The position numbers and the translations under genes are program-made. This document shows positions 9,650-29,100 of a DNA stretch of 64,000 nucleotides, piece by piece (within the stretch, counting starts at the first letter, position 1; each line of letters begins with the position of its first letter). A model generated the notes under the pieces. It made no database searches, was not told where the DNA came from, and worked only from the letters and a program-made list of their open reading frames with translations. Source of the stretch: Bugula neritina (taxonomy: Eukaryota > Animalia > Bryozoa); contig OZ037773.1 in NCBI GenBank assembly GCA_964035545.1, positions 2,447,751 through 2,511,750 on the forward strand, read 5' to 3'.

Positions 9650-10260
9650 CCTGGCAACCACCAGTAACACTATGAAAACATGCAATTGCAAGTGCCTACT
9701 CTCTAATATCATATACCAGGCCACCATAACATCACTAAACAGCTCAAACACATACATCGGACTATGTGAAACTAACTTTAAAAAGCGCCTATACAATCAC
9801 TCCTGCTCTTTCAAGCATAAAAGATACAGAAATGCCACAGAGTTGAGTAAGCATATATGGACAAAGGCACCAGCTACACAATCAACTGGAAGATTATTAG
9901 CCATGCGCCCAGCTATAACCCCAACTCTAAACGTTGCATGCTATGCACTTTAGAAAAATATTATATTATATGCAAACCCAGCCTATGTACATTAAATAAA
10001 AGATCTGCGTTAAAATCAACATGCAGGCATAGCTCTAAGTTTTACTTAAACCGGTTCAAATATATAAGCTTTGTTTAATAATAATGCCTATTTTTCCTTT
10101 TAATACTTTAGCTATATTTTAAATCCATACAATTTTTACATTCCAATTCTGTTGTTTCACTATTTTATACATCACCCTGACGAGTGGCAGTAATTTCATG
10201 CTACGAAACAAATTTGTAGGTGATATAATTGATTTTAAATAAAAGATCTTAGTCAATTAC
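9650..10260 (+). mobile_element. Penelope-like retroelement (Neptune-type) 3' remnant: GIY-YIG endonuclease plus 3' region
   Basis: [15 protein letters not shown]...[21 protein letters not shown]...TELSKHIW/(frameshift)YTINWKII...[18 protein letters not shown]...LNKRSALKSTCRH is a typical PLE GIY-YIG pattern. It is followed by a hammerhead ribozyme and abuts a (TA)n array. Confidence 0.88.
10171..10224 (+). ncRNA. Type I hammerhead ribozyme with palindromic minimal helix III
   Basis: Layout: ATCACC (helix I) - CTGACGA (core) - GTGGCA/gtaatttca/TGCTAC (helix II) - GAA - ACAAATTTGT (palindromic helix III) - A - GGTGAT (helix I'). Predicted cleavage after GUA at 10218. Confidence 0.9.
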
Positions 10261-10271
10261 AACCTTCATAC

Positions 10272-11101
<830 letters not shown>

Positions 11102-12531
11102 ATTTATTTTAAATATAACTTCAACTATAACACTACAATTTAATAATAGATACATTGATGACAAGAAAAATGAAACATAAAACATTACAAAATTGTTGCA
11201 TAACAATGTTCAACATACCTCTATTACCCTTCCTGGTGAGAGTTAGAATTAAATATATAAAGTTGTGATAGTGGAAGTTTAAATATTTACATGTATCATG
11301 TACAAAATCAAAAATGACTCGTGAGAACTACACTAGTCAGTGGAGAAAAGCATCAGACTGGCATGAAGGCATAAAACAAATCAGCTACTATAATTCCTGG
11401 CTACAAGCTATAAAAAGCTGACAGCTATTCTGGTAGCAAAATCATTGCATTGTAATAGTGAAAACAAAGCTATCTGTGGTTTAAAAAGCTGTGGCTAAGT
11501 GAGTAGCTAAGTGAGTATATGAGTGAATGGTGATAAATTGTCCTGCGTCACTGCAAGTGATGATTTGAATAAATTGAGCAAAAGTTAAGACAATGTAGTA
11601 GTGTTATAATTTCCAGAATTGTGGGTTGGTGTGCAATCAAGTGACTCTTATTCAGTATGCTAGAGAAACTTCGCCAGTGTAATCCGAGTAATACTAATAA
11701 ATTTTATACACAATGATACATCACGAAAACTACAGTTATACAAATAAATTCAGCTAATCGATATGGTCTATACTCTATACAGTTCACCAGCCTAACTCAT
11801 TAACTACAACGCGGGAAGCTATCACTACAAAAACTGTCAGTCATTCCGATTGGTTGTCTGCTGTCTCGGGTCATCCCAACGACCCCGTGCTGCACTCATG
11901 GGGAAATAACCACGGGCTTTCCATGTACCGATCTCAGATCGATCTCAAAAATGTGCTCAGTTTTTCCATGAGAGTGTCAGATCGATCTCGCGAAGTTGCC
12001 TCCTCTTAAGTGAAGGGTACTTTAAAAATATAATTTGTTTACCTAATTGAGTGATTAAAGCTACTACTGTTGAAAACAAGACGGTCGTAGTCTAAAATTT
12101 AATCCCAGCTATAAACTGTACGCAGCAAAGCTTTCAGTGTATGGTAATTTGGCCAATTTAAAATAAAAATTTTTAATTTTTTAGCTTGACAGGTTATATA
12201 AAATTAATGGCTGTCTTGCAGATTAATAATAAACTTACGGGACTGTTGGGCTTAAAATTACAAAGAAAATAGCTTATGAAACTAAGTTTTAATAGTCATT
12301 TAAATTCAATTTAAATTCTCCCATTTCTTACCTTCTGCTGCATATAATTGAGTTTTCTTAATCATTGTACTGAAAGTCAAAGTTTTGGCATCTGAAAAGG
12401 TAGCTATCATAATCATTTAATACTTTGCTTAGTAATTTACTTATTGCGCTAGTAGCTCTACGGGCCACCACAATACTACTGTATCCATCTTCAAATCATA
12501 GGATATAGCTACATAGTACGTGTATTATAAT

Positions 12532-12744
12532 ACTCACTCACGCAAGTTTATAGTTGCTATCCCTGTGAGAAACCCCTGGTGGAAAGGGGTTTTAGCAAAA
12601 TCTGGCTAAATACTTTTTCAGATGAGGCACAGGAGCAATTATGACTGGATGCTCTTCCTAGTATCACTAATGGCTTTTGTCGGTTTGAACCCATGACTTG
12701 GTGTTCACTAAGCAAACGATCCAACCTCTAAACCACGACTGCTC
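12532..12744 (-). mobile_element. tRNA-derived SINE, copy 1
   Basis: The minus strand begins GAGCAGTCGTGGTTTAGAGG (A-box-like), carries GGTTCAAACC (B box) and ends in a (GAGT)n tail. It is homologous end-to-end to 22851-23061. Confidence 0.8.
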
Positions 12745-13091
12745 TCTAGTACATATTATATTTTAGTACATTAATATTTTTAAATGTTCAGTAAGAGTTG
12801 TATGCCCTCACTACTTGTTGTCGGCTATTATGACTGAGCTAGAAATAACAATTTTCTAGTTCATTGGTTATCAATAATGTGATAGTTAATTTACGATGTT
12901 TTCAGGTCGATCAACTTACTAAAATTATGTAAACAACTCTTAACATCAATAAGGATTCCACTTCAGTCACAAGCAGGTGACATGCCTAATGCCTTTCGGA
13001 GGCTTTAGTTTGAGTTAGACTTTTGCACGCGATTGCTAGGGTGAATTTAGCTATAAAAGCATCTTTTGAACGTGAGAACTCACTCATCAAT

Positions 13092-18696
<5,605 letters not shown>

Positions 18697-19483
18697 GCAT
18701 CATAGAGTTGACGAAACAACTGCTTTATGCCAAGTGTTGGCGGTAACTGACTCACTGCTAATTTTTATATGTTTTAAAAGTTGAATTTCCTTGGCCAACT
18801 TATCCAAGGGCTCTCTGCTTTTATAATGATTAAAATGCAATTAATTTATGAACAGTTATATATTTACATCAGTATTTAACTAAATTTCATAACATAGGAG
18901 GGCAAAAGCGTTTTATGTTTTGATAGATTTTGTATTTCTACAATCTGGAATATTCATGTGCAAAACATTCTCTAGCTTTTTTATTGATATTACTATTAAA
19001 TGGCGGAATACTTTTAAATATTCTGTATTTTTTTCAATCATTGATATTTGAAATGTAAGTTAAACCATTATTTTTTCACATGAATTTAAGACAGAGTTTT
19101 ACACTATAACTTTGCAATGCAAAAAAAAACAATTTTATTTTCACAAATGCACCAGCTTTTTTAACAATCTCATATCTTGTGTCTAACACTAAAGTAAATG
19201 ATATTTATATTTACTTCAGTACATATTTATTTAGCCAAAATATAGACTGCATAATCCATCTTTAATGATGAAAGCATTGTGATGCACTGTTTCACAAATA
19301 TATATTTATTGTACTTGTTTGCGGAGACTATTGATAAATATTTCAACAACTGATATCTGCATTTACAGTTAACATCTACAGTAAACGCTGTAATCAATGA
19401 ATTTACAAGAGAGTTATCTCCCCTCTGTACAATTTATCCGTGAAATAGTCGGACTAGGAGTCACAGTGTGGATATGCCAGGCT

Positions 19484-22400
19484 TCATTTCTTTGTAACCA
19501 TTATAACCGCTGATGGAACTAAACCTGAAAGAGGACATGAAACTTAATAATTTATAGGATAACAAAAACAATCTTCTGCTGTTACTACTGATACTACCAC
19601 TATTACTACTACTAGTACCACTATTACTACTACTAGTACCACTATTACTACTAGTACTACTAGTACCACTACCACTATTACTACTACTAGTACCACTATT
19701 ACTACTAGTACTACTAGTACCACTATTACCACTACTACTAGTACCACTATTACTACTACTACCACTACTACTATTACCACTACTACCGCTGCTACTACCA
19801 CTACTACCGCTGCTACTACTACCACTACTACTACTACTGCTACTACCGCTACTACTACTACTACTGCTGATACTACCACTACTACTACTACTGCTGATAC
19901 TACCACTACTACTACTACTACTACTGCTGATACTACCACTACTACTACTACTACTACTACTGCTGCTGATACTACTACTACCACTACTACTGCTACTATC
20001 TACTACTAGTAGTATTACTACTGCTGCTACTGCAACTACTACTATCACTAGTACTACTAATGCTACTGCTGCTACTGCTACAGTTACTACTGTTACTGCC
20101 ACTTACCCAATGCTGTCAGAGGTTTGTCCATGTCTTCGTCTGTATATACTTTTCTAGGAAAGGTGGTCATGAAAGTGAAATCACCAGGAAGATCGGCAGC
20201 GTTCATGCTGACATATAACCGCACTGCTGCCAAAGGCTCATGCGCTTTGAAAGTGTTAGTTAAAGGTGTGCCGCTGGGCAGCCGTATCTATAAATAAAAG
20301 GGTACACAACTTCAGTACTCACTGTTATTGAAACTGTGATATATAATATCTATTGAGTGAACTTGGAGATGTAGCTTTACCAAATGAAATAAGATTACGG
20401 TAACCAAAGCCTTCACGCAGCTCATACAAGCTTTGATAAAATACAGAGAATTGTGTCCCAAAACATGTGGCAAGTGATGAACGTTGCTAATATTTCACAA
20501 TTTAGACTGCGACACACTAAAACAGGGAGACACTCACTTGCAGCCTGCACTCTGTGTATTCCTTCTTGGCAGTTGGAGTACTTTCTGTTGAAGTAGAAGG
20601 TGCAGCAGATAATGGTGATTCAACTTTGCTGGGTGCCTAGACAATCACGGAATTTAACTGCTTAAAAATTAAGGAGATTTGGTAGAAATGAAACCTAACA
20701 TATAGCTGCAGCTCTGAATTAATAATTGCATCAAGTTACTGGCTCATAAGGGAAAGATTGTTGGCTTCTCTTCAAGTTAAGTGTATGGAAAAAGAAAGTT
20801 GGTTAAGATATTATATTACTGAACTCTGACTCAAAATATTTGTGCTGTAAGCAGCAGGCAGCTTTTAGTTTCATAATATGTCAATACTCGGGGAATCACT
20901 CACTTTGGCAGCAGCAGCAGCGGCAGCACGGGCTTCCCTGTCTCTTCGAATGTCATCCAACACCTTCTGTCTAAAAATATTTTGGACAAAATTCAAGAGA
21001 AAAACCAGGGTTGGCTACCAATGTCCAAGCATATCAACTACTGACTACTGAGTATCATACTGACTACTGAGTATCATACTGACTACTGAGTATCACACTG
21101 ACTACTGAGTATCACACTGGCTACTGAGTATCATAATAACTACTGAGTATCACACTGACTACTGAGTATCACACTGACTACTGAGTATCACACTGACTAC
21201 TGAGTATCACACTGACTACTGAGTATCATAATAACTACTGAGTATCACACTGACTACTGAGTATCACACTGACTACTGAGTATCACACTGACTACTGAGT
21301 ATCACACTGACTACTGAGTATCATAATAACTACTGAGTATCACACTGACTACTGAGTATCATACTGGCTACTGAGTATCACACTGACTACTGAGTATCAC
21401 ACTGGCTACTGAGTATCATATTAACTACTGAGTATCAAATAAAGCTTACTTGGCTGCTTTTTCTTCTGCTTTTTCTCGCCTTTTCTGCTCTGCCAGCTGT
21501 TTTATTTCTTTTTGTTCTAATCTAAAATAAAACAACACATTCGAAATCAAAATTATCTGCGAAGAGCAACCAATTTAGGATTTGTCTCCTCACAAAAGCG
21601 AAAAGTCTGGGTTATTTTTAGATTGCTAATTTAAAACCAGAAAGCAAAACCATCTTGACATAAATGTTAATTCCTTTAGTTTGTCTAAAAAACAAAGTGA
21701 TTATATGCAGCCTAAAGATTAACTAATTTATTTTGGTAACAATCAAAACTCTATTTTATATCTTAGGAAAGAATTAACTCAATTCACGGATATGTTATGT
21801 AGATGTGGTAGACACACATACTCAAACTTAGCCATAGTGAGGTCTTTCCCTTGTGTACGCCGCAATCTCTCCTTTTCTTTAGCTTCTCTTTTCTCTTTTT
21901 CTTCCCGCTCTAGTTTCTTCTGTACCATCTTTTCTTTTAACCTATTTAATAAACCCTTAGAGTACAACCTTGTTTCAGAAAGAAGGTTTTATTTACACTA
22001 TATACAAACATGAGCACGCACGCACACGCACGCACGCACGCACGGATACATATAAACAAATCCAAGGCTATAGATTACCATGACAACAACATAAATAAAG
22101 ACATTCCAGAGCATTCTAGACAAAAGACTAGTCCAAGTAACCAGAGTCACCTTTAGTCTAAATAAACAGTTTATCAATTGGTCTACAGCACAAAGCACTA
22201 AATCAAATAGTCTACAGTCTACTCAATTTTTAGATGAGGCAAAAACTCCTAGCCAGGTTCAATCCAGGCATGATAACAATAACAAAAGCATGTAAATATG
22301 TTGATTAATAATTCCAATAAAAACAACTATTTTTATGAAACTTGCTCCACATACAATTCCATTTGCTTTGCCTTCTCTTCAGCTGTTAGAGGTTTAACCT

Positions 22401-23793
22401 CTTCTGTTGACTCTGAGAAACTCAAATGTCCAGTTTTAGTAGCATGAGTCTGCATTGCTTGCTCAGTACGCAACTGTTTACCACACCTATCAAGTGAACA
22501 GAAATTAGATAAGTTGAACATTTATATAACGTATAGGAGTTAGTCATTGACTGGATTCATGATGTAAAACCTTTGTTAAAACATATAAAATATTTACTGT
22601 AATAACATTTTCCAATGCTCCTTATTCCCTGCAACCATGAAATCAGCTGGGAAGAAATAAACGTCTTTCAAATGTTTGTAAATGTGTGACAAATTGAACT
22701 CACTCATCACACTTTAAAGATTGAGGTTGGGACACATCTCCAACTTCTCCTTCTTTAGACTCCTTTGATTCTAAAACAAAACACAGACACTACAACACAA
22801 TTTACTTTACTTCATATTGCAGGTCTAATGTTCACCACTTCATAGTTTAGACTCACTCACGCAAGTTTATAGTAGCCATCTTTGTGAGAAACCTCTGATG
22901 GAAAGGGCTGTTTGTTAAATTGGGCTAAGGACTTTTTCAGATGGGGCACAGGAGCAATCATAACTGGATGCTCTTCCCAACACCACCAATGGCCTTTGCC
23001 GGGGTTCGCACCCCTTCGTGGTTACTAGGCAAATGCTCAAATCCCTAGACCACGGCTGCTCATACTCTATAGTACGTTTAAAAAATTAGAGAATCGTTGA
23101 TAATTATGGAGTTTTTCTCCATACAAAAATGTCTTACAGAAAATCAATAAAAGATAGAAAGTAGACTAGAACTAAACACAAAAATACAAGTTATAAGCTG
23201 ACATTAGTGTCAACAAAAATCTCACCAACAGTTTCAGAGGGTTCACTAGACAAGACGTTTCCCTTGGGTGCCTCGAATGGTTCATCTATGTCAGGATCAT
23301 CCAAATGATTAGACAGCCTGCATCAAGTTAAATCGGAAGAATTGATACACTCAATCGAAATTCACATAAAAAACAGAAATTTATTTATCATGTTTGAAGA
23401 AATTTATTTTCAATAAAAAAAAACATTTATTGCATACCAGTCTAAGGCTTGCTCGATTCCTCTGTAGTTGGTCTTAGCAAGTGCTTTCTCGCTGTAAAAC
23501 AACCAACTTTCATTATTATAATTTGTATATGGAACTCTAGTTCAAAAAAATCATTGATTTGGGCTAATATAACTTGCAATATTTAGAAATGAGCGTCAAA
23601 CAAATTTTGTAAGAATTATAATTGATGCTTACATAATCAGAACTATAAGCAAATCATGAGTGAAACATTAATTTCATATTGATAAGTTACTTCTATTAAA
23701 AATATGATTTTTGATAAGATTTAACTTGAAATCTACCTACGCTCTATTCTGCGGGAATCCCATCTCCATCAGCATCTCAACATTTGAAGGCAT
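19484..23793 (-). CDS. UBXN1: UBX domain-containing protein 1 (UBA - C2H2-like - coiled coil - UBX), 11 coding exons
   Basis: UBA domain [37 protein letters not shown]; [44 protein letters not shown]; charged coiled coil; UBX domain [31 protein letters not shown]...[38 protein letters not shown] boundaries found; ATG at 23793, stop at 19484-19486. Confidence 0.95.
19580..20100. repeat. Compound (ACT)n/(ACC)/(GCT) trinucleotide array in the last UBXN1 intron
   Basis: Seen directly; it explains the poly-Ser and poly-Val ORFs. Confidence 0.95.
21040..21437. repeat. 19-bp minisatellite (ACTGACTACTGAGTATCAC) in UBXN1 intron
   Basis: About 20 near-identical tandem units with a recurring variant unit (AATAACTACTGAGTATCAC). 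Confidence 0.95.
22851..23061 (-). mobile_element. tRNA-derived SINE, copy 2 (UBXN1 intron)
   Basis: Diverged full-length homologue of 12532-12744, sharing ACTCACTCACGCAAGTTTATAG, TTTTTCAGATG.GGCACAGGAGCAAT, ACTGGATGCTCTTCC and ACCACG.CTGCTC. Confidence 0.8.
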
Positions 23794-24639
23794 GTTGATC
23801 TGAAAAAATTCATTAGTACCATTTGAAAGTCATGAATCAAAATAAGAGGTCTGTACATATTATCAGTGCTAATATCATTTTAGTTGATCAGTATTATTAG
23901 GCAGAATAATAAAATTTCCCAGTTGATGTTGCAAAATTATCACATCATTAGTAATGGGAATGAAAACTATAAATATTAAAAAAATTGCAAGTATAGATGT
24001 ATGCAAGCATTAGTTATTTATTTCTACCCATATGATAATAATTACTATGAAGCATAATGCTCACAGTAACTGAAACAGTAACAACACAGATGTTTTGTTA
24101 TCCAACCATTATCTACGTAGTGGTGACTGCCATCAAGCATTATTATGATTATTGGTAATGCTATTAAATTTAATTAGTGATAATTAACATTGCTACTGTA
24201 GCAAATCTGAGGATATTATTATTATTGTTAGTTACTACTTAATTTGTTGTGTAATTCTTTTTGTGATTTGGTTTTTTTTGTAAGTCCAACTTCGGCCAAG
24301 TCGGAATTCCTGAAATTACTCGGGATGTCCGATTCCGAGGAATCGAAGGTCCGACTGAGTTTGGGGTGCCCAAATTCGGCCCTCCATTCGAAGAGTATTT
24401 TTTATATATAATCAAGAGCTCGCCAGTCTCCAGGCAGTACAAGACTAGAAGCTCTCATCGAATACTACTGCTATCTACCACTGTTACAGATCAGTTGTGT
24501 GAAACCATACCTGGGTGTCTTTTGTAGCAGGCATTTTAATATTTAACCGGCAACATGTCTTCTCTCTCATAACAAAGAGGCTTATGCTCAAAACAACTTG
24601 GTTTCATTGACAACCCACAAATCATCACACTGTTACATT

Positions 24640-24871
24640 ACGGTTACCATTACATGACTACCATTACTCATTAGTAATGGTAAATATATATTTATAATCG
24701 TAATGGTAATCAGTAATGTAATACTAATAGTAATAGTAATAGCAATACTATTAGTATCACTAATACTACTAGTAATACTAATTACTAATAGTAATTCTAA
24801 GCCAGTGGCAATGGTCATGTGATCATGTAATTGCGAACTGTAAAACTAGTAAATAGTAACTGTAACTGTAA

Positions 24872-24930
<59 letters not shown>

Positions 24931-25360
24931 AATTAGTAATTGTACTACTACTAGTAGTAACACCAACAGTAACTGTAAGTACTACTGCTAGTAGTAGTAG
25001 CACTTACAGTTACTACTAGTAGTAGTAGTACTAGTAGACAGGTAGTACTACTACTAGTAGTAGTACTACCAAAACACTTACAGTAACAGTTAGACAGCAA
25101 ATCATTATGATTATGGATTAATAATAATAATATATTATTATTATTATCATTATCATAATGATAATTCATATAAGTATAAGTATATAAGTATAATCATATA
25201 AGTATATCATATAAATATTAGTCTAATCATAATCATAATGATAACCATTGATTATTATAATTATTAAATTATGTTATACTTTATACTTATAGTTTTAGTT
25301 TAAGTTAAACTTAATGTTACGACTTATATAACCTATACTTATACTTATAGTTATAGCAAT
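24640..25360. repeat. (AGT)n/(AAT)n low-complexity tract
   Basis: Pure (AGT)n at ~24873-24930, surrounded by degenerate trinucleotide repeats. Confidence 0.85.
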
Positions 25361-25499
25361 ATGAATATGCAACGCATCAACAACTATAATAACATTCCGT
25401 ACACCGCTCCTAATGTACCTAAATTATGTAATATTACAATCAAATTAAGAATTATAATATCATTATTATCATTAATTTTAAACGACAATGAAAATTATT

Positions 25500-26108
25500 A
25501 TGAAAAAAGCGGTTATAACTGGAAGTGTGTAGAAAATGTTAACGAGCCTCGCTGAACCCGAATCTTCGCGCATGCACCTACGAAATAAATACGTTTACCC
25601 GTAGTTTCCTAACTACATGTCTATCTATAGAGGCAGGGCAATCATCATTGCTCGCTAAACTATTTTTTGTAATAAGTTGTAGGTTCTTGCAGGTAATAAA
25701 GCAAACAGCTTACATCAGAATTTTTGCGTGTCTGCACTTATAAAATACAAACAATATAAATTTGAAAACTCACCAAAATACTTTTATAACAATTTGTAAA
25801 GAGATAAAGCTAAAATAAAATTATAATACATTTGGTTTCTTAAAAATAAATTATCTCAATTAATTAAATTGTTTAAACTGTAAGGTGTATTTTTTGTCTC
25901 TTTTACCATACGTTAATATAAAAAGAAACAAATTAAATATAAATGTTTTTGGTAGTGATCAAGGTGACAAGTCCGCAGCTGTGTTGGCAGTAGATTTGTC
26001 AAAAATACTAAAATCACAATGACAATGAGCATGACTGAATGAGATAATACTGCAAATGAATAGTTCTTAATATCTAGAAACAAAAGTTGCAGAAAATAAT
26101 TTTCCAGC
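25500..26108. promoter_or_regulatory. Candidate bidirectional promoter / 5' UTR region shared by UBXN1 (-) and TRIP11 (+)
   Basis: Divergent start codons are 2.3 kb apart (23793 and 26109). The UBXN1 ATG is preceded by a splice acceptor, so a non-coding first exon must lie upstream. This is the non-repetitive, CpG-containing segment between two low-complexity tracts. Transcription start sites were not determined. Confidence 0.45.
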
Positions 26109-29100
26109 ATGGCCACAGGATGGTGGGGTGGATTTACGGATCAAATTTCTTCTATGGCCAAAGATGTCTTGAATGAAGGGACTGAAGAAGTTGACGGTAA
26201 GCACTAAGTTACACTTACTTACTCTTAGCAGTAATTCTAAGTCTAACTCTAAGATCAAGAGTAAGTCTAATATGAATCTCAAACACTAATAGTAATACTA
26301 ATAGTTCTAGTAAATATGATATTAATTCTATCACTATTACTATTAGTATTACTAATAGTAATAGTAATACTAATACTCAGTAATAGTTATACTTACACTT
26401 ATAATATTTATATTACTCATAGTCATAATACTAATGCTAATAGTAATAGTAACACCAACAGTAAATGTAGTACTAATAGTAATATTAATAGCAATACGAA
26501 TAGTAACACTAACAGTAACACTAACATTAACAAGTAACACTCACAGTATGACTATTACTATTAGTATTAGTATTACTATTAACATTACGATCACAATATA
26601 TTTATTTATATTAGTTATTATTACTATTAGTTATTTGTAAATTTTTAATTCACCAAGTCTAATGATGTTGCAGTATTACTATTTTAACAGTAATTCTAAA
26701 CGTCTAAAACTAAAAGTAATACTAAAACTAAAAGTGACAGTAGCACAAACTGTAAAAGTTAGGCTGAAGGTGTTGCAACTGCACTAAAGTTTAAAATTTA
26801 ATTTGTAAATTTAGAGTTTCAATTTTAAATAAAATGTAATTTTCATTTGTTTTTATGTAGCCTAATTGTAAATCGAAGATAAATTACCCAATTAGTTTCA
26901 CTATCAGTATGGGTATGTCTACTTTAGGCTAGTTTTAATTTTATTGCCTAGCTTGAAAATACTTCATTTTAATTTAAGTACTAAATCTAATAACTAATAA
27001 GCAATATTAATACTGATATGCAATAGCGTTAAATACTTGAAATAATTTTTTGCACATTTAAGGCTGCACCAATATTTGTCATAGGGTTAGACGGATTAGC
27101 CTTCAGTTACTAGCAAATTTTATTTTCCATATAGAGTCCAAGTTGAGTTAATTCAATAGCCTACTTGCTTGTTAATATTTGGATTCTTTAAATACATGTA
27201 CTTGACTCTACTTGCTAATATTGATTAACTTGTCTTACTCAGCTAATGAGTTTAATTTTCTTGAATTTACTTCCTGCAACTCATCAAATAACCCAATCAA
27301 CACCAAGTGACAAGTTTGGCCTGTAAAAGTTATAACATTTATAATGTTGTTAGTTTAGTTTTATTCTTAAGTAATTTAGGTTTAGCTTATTTTGATTTTT
27401 ACTTTGTAATATTATTTATGAGCAGGTTTTATAATATACACCATTTTGAATTTATTACAACCAACTTTTCGTAGTTGAAATTTTTAAAAGGAACTAATGT
27501 GAAAGTTTTTGTGAGAAATTTCATTTGTTTTAGCCATTCTGGCAACATGACTTTAATAATATAGTAATGGAGATGACAACAAAACATATTAGTTGCACTG
27601 ATTGGAGAAACTTTAGTTTAAGACTTTAGCTTCCCAGCAATCTTAATTGGTAGAACCTATAAGTCTGATATTGCTTGAGGCGATAAACAAATCAGAAAAA
27701 AAGTTTGATAGCAGATAACCAAATTAGATAAAGAAGTATAAAGATAATGATCAGTATTTAATACCAGAATAATGACAAATTAGGCCTAGCAAACTTGATT
27801 TTTTTAATTCTTATAAAAATAACTTAGTGCAAAACTTCAAAATGAATTGTATCACTAAAATTGTTTTACTATCACCAAGCTGTTCACTTCAGCAGTTCTG
27901 AGTAAATACTGGTTTAATATCTAGATGTAAGTACTAAGTATAGTATAATGGTGATAATAAACTAGTGACATTGTAAAAGTAATACTGGAAGCAATATGAA
28001 CTTGATCAACAAATATATGTGCTAAGGCAACTAAAGTATGACTAGTGATTGCTATTAGGACAACCAATTTTTGCAAACTATTACAAAAAAGTGTTGTCGT
28101 TTGTCTCTGTAGAATGCATAACAAAAGTTATATGGGAGGGGGGGAGAGATTTGGTTTGCATTGCAATAGTTGTTCACCATTGAATTAAGGTTATATATCC
28201 TGCATATGTAGTATATGGTTAAGCTTATATGCTAAGTACGCAGTATTTGTGAGATTTATACTCAGCATAACGTTTTAACAATAATAGGTGTAATTTTTTG
28301 CAGACTGTTGATGCTTTTTAGTACTAATACATATTTTTAGAAAGCAAAGTATTCATGGATTTTTAGCTGCTGCTAAATCGAATGAATAAGTAGTGAACAC
28401 CTTCAATTAATTTCAGTTAAATTCCTTATTGTAGATCATGCTACGGCCCTTCAGCAAGAACAAAAGAAGACAGCTGAACTGCAATCCCTAAACACAGCTG
28501 TGAAACTTGAGGTATGGCTAATATGTTCTCTTCAGTGTTGTGTGTTTTATTCCCAGAGTCTAGTTTTTTATATTTAAACTTTGTGGGTAATACATGGTAT
28601 TTGCACAAGTTTACTTGTTTAACCATTCAAGTGATTTTAGTAATTGGCAGTTTTATTGAGACTTAATTTAAACTAAAAAATTGTATATCTCCTTAAAAAT
28701 GTGAATTCTGTTTTTTATCAATTGAAAGCAAAAGTAGCTTCCTATATGTAACCAGAATTTATCTAATTAATGTGCACAACATTTACCACATGGTAAATCT
28801 GCAATGTTTCAATAAGCTACCTACAACCTATGCCATCATAACTTATTGATAACATGTTCACTAAAGGTGGATAAGGGTAAAGTAGGACTGCTTATAGCTT
28901 CACTTCTGGTTGTAGAATGATAGTCTGCGTTTAAAAGTCTCCGAGTTGAACGATTCCCTTCATTCTTCAGAGTTGCAAGTAGCTGCTATCAACACGGAGT
29001 ATAAAAGTTTGCTACAGGATAAGGAGGTAGATCTGTGCCAGTCATGAAATAATATCTCATAAACCAACAGTGGAGACTAGTTGTATGCGTCGGTCTATTT

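Noticed and set aside
19461-20102. Poly-Ser and poly-Val ORFs resembling a signal peptide plus mucin
   Set aside because: Trinucleotide repeat lying within the last intron of UBXN1.
21040-21437. CRISPR-like regular repeats (also 4395-4612, 35719-35935, 61990-62308)
   Set aside because: Head-to-tail units without unique spacers, no cas genes, and a eukaryotic intronic or transposon context.
24280-24395. GC-rich segment with TCGGA/TCCGA inverted motifs, a possible structured RNA
   Set aside because: No recognisable ncRNA motifs or element boundaries; probably a transposon fragment, but unsupported.
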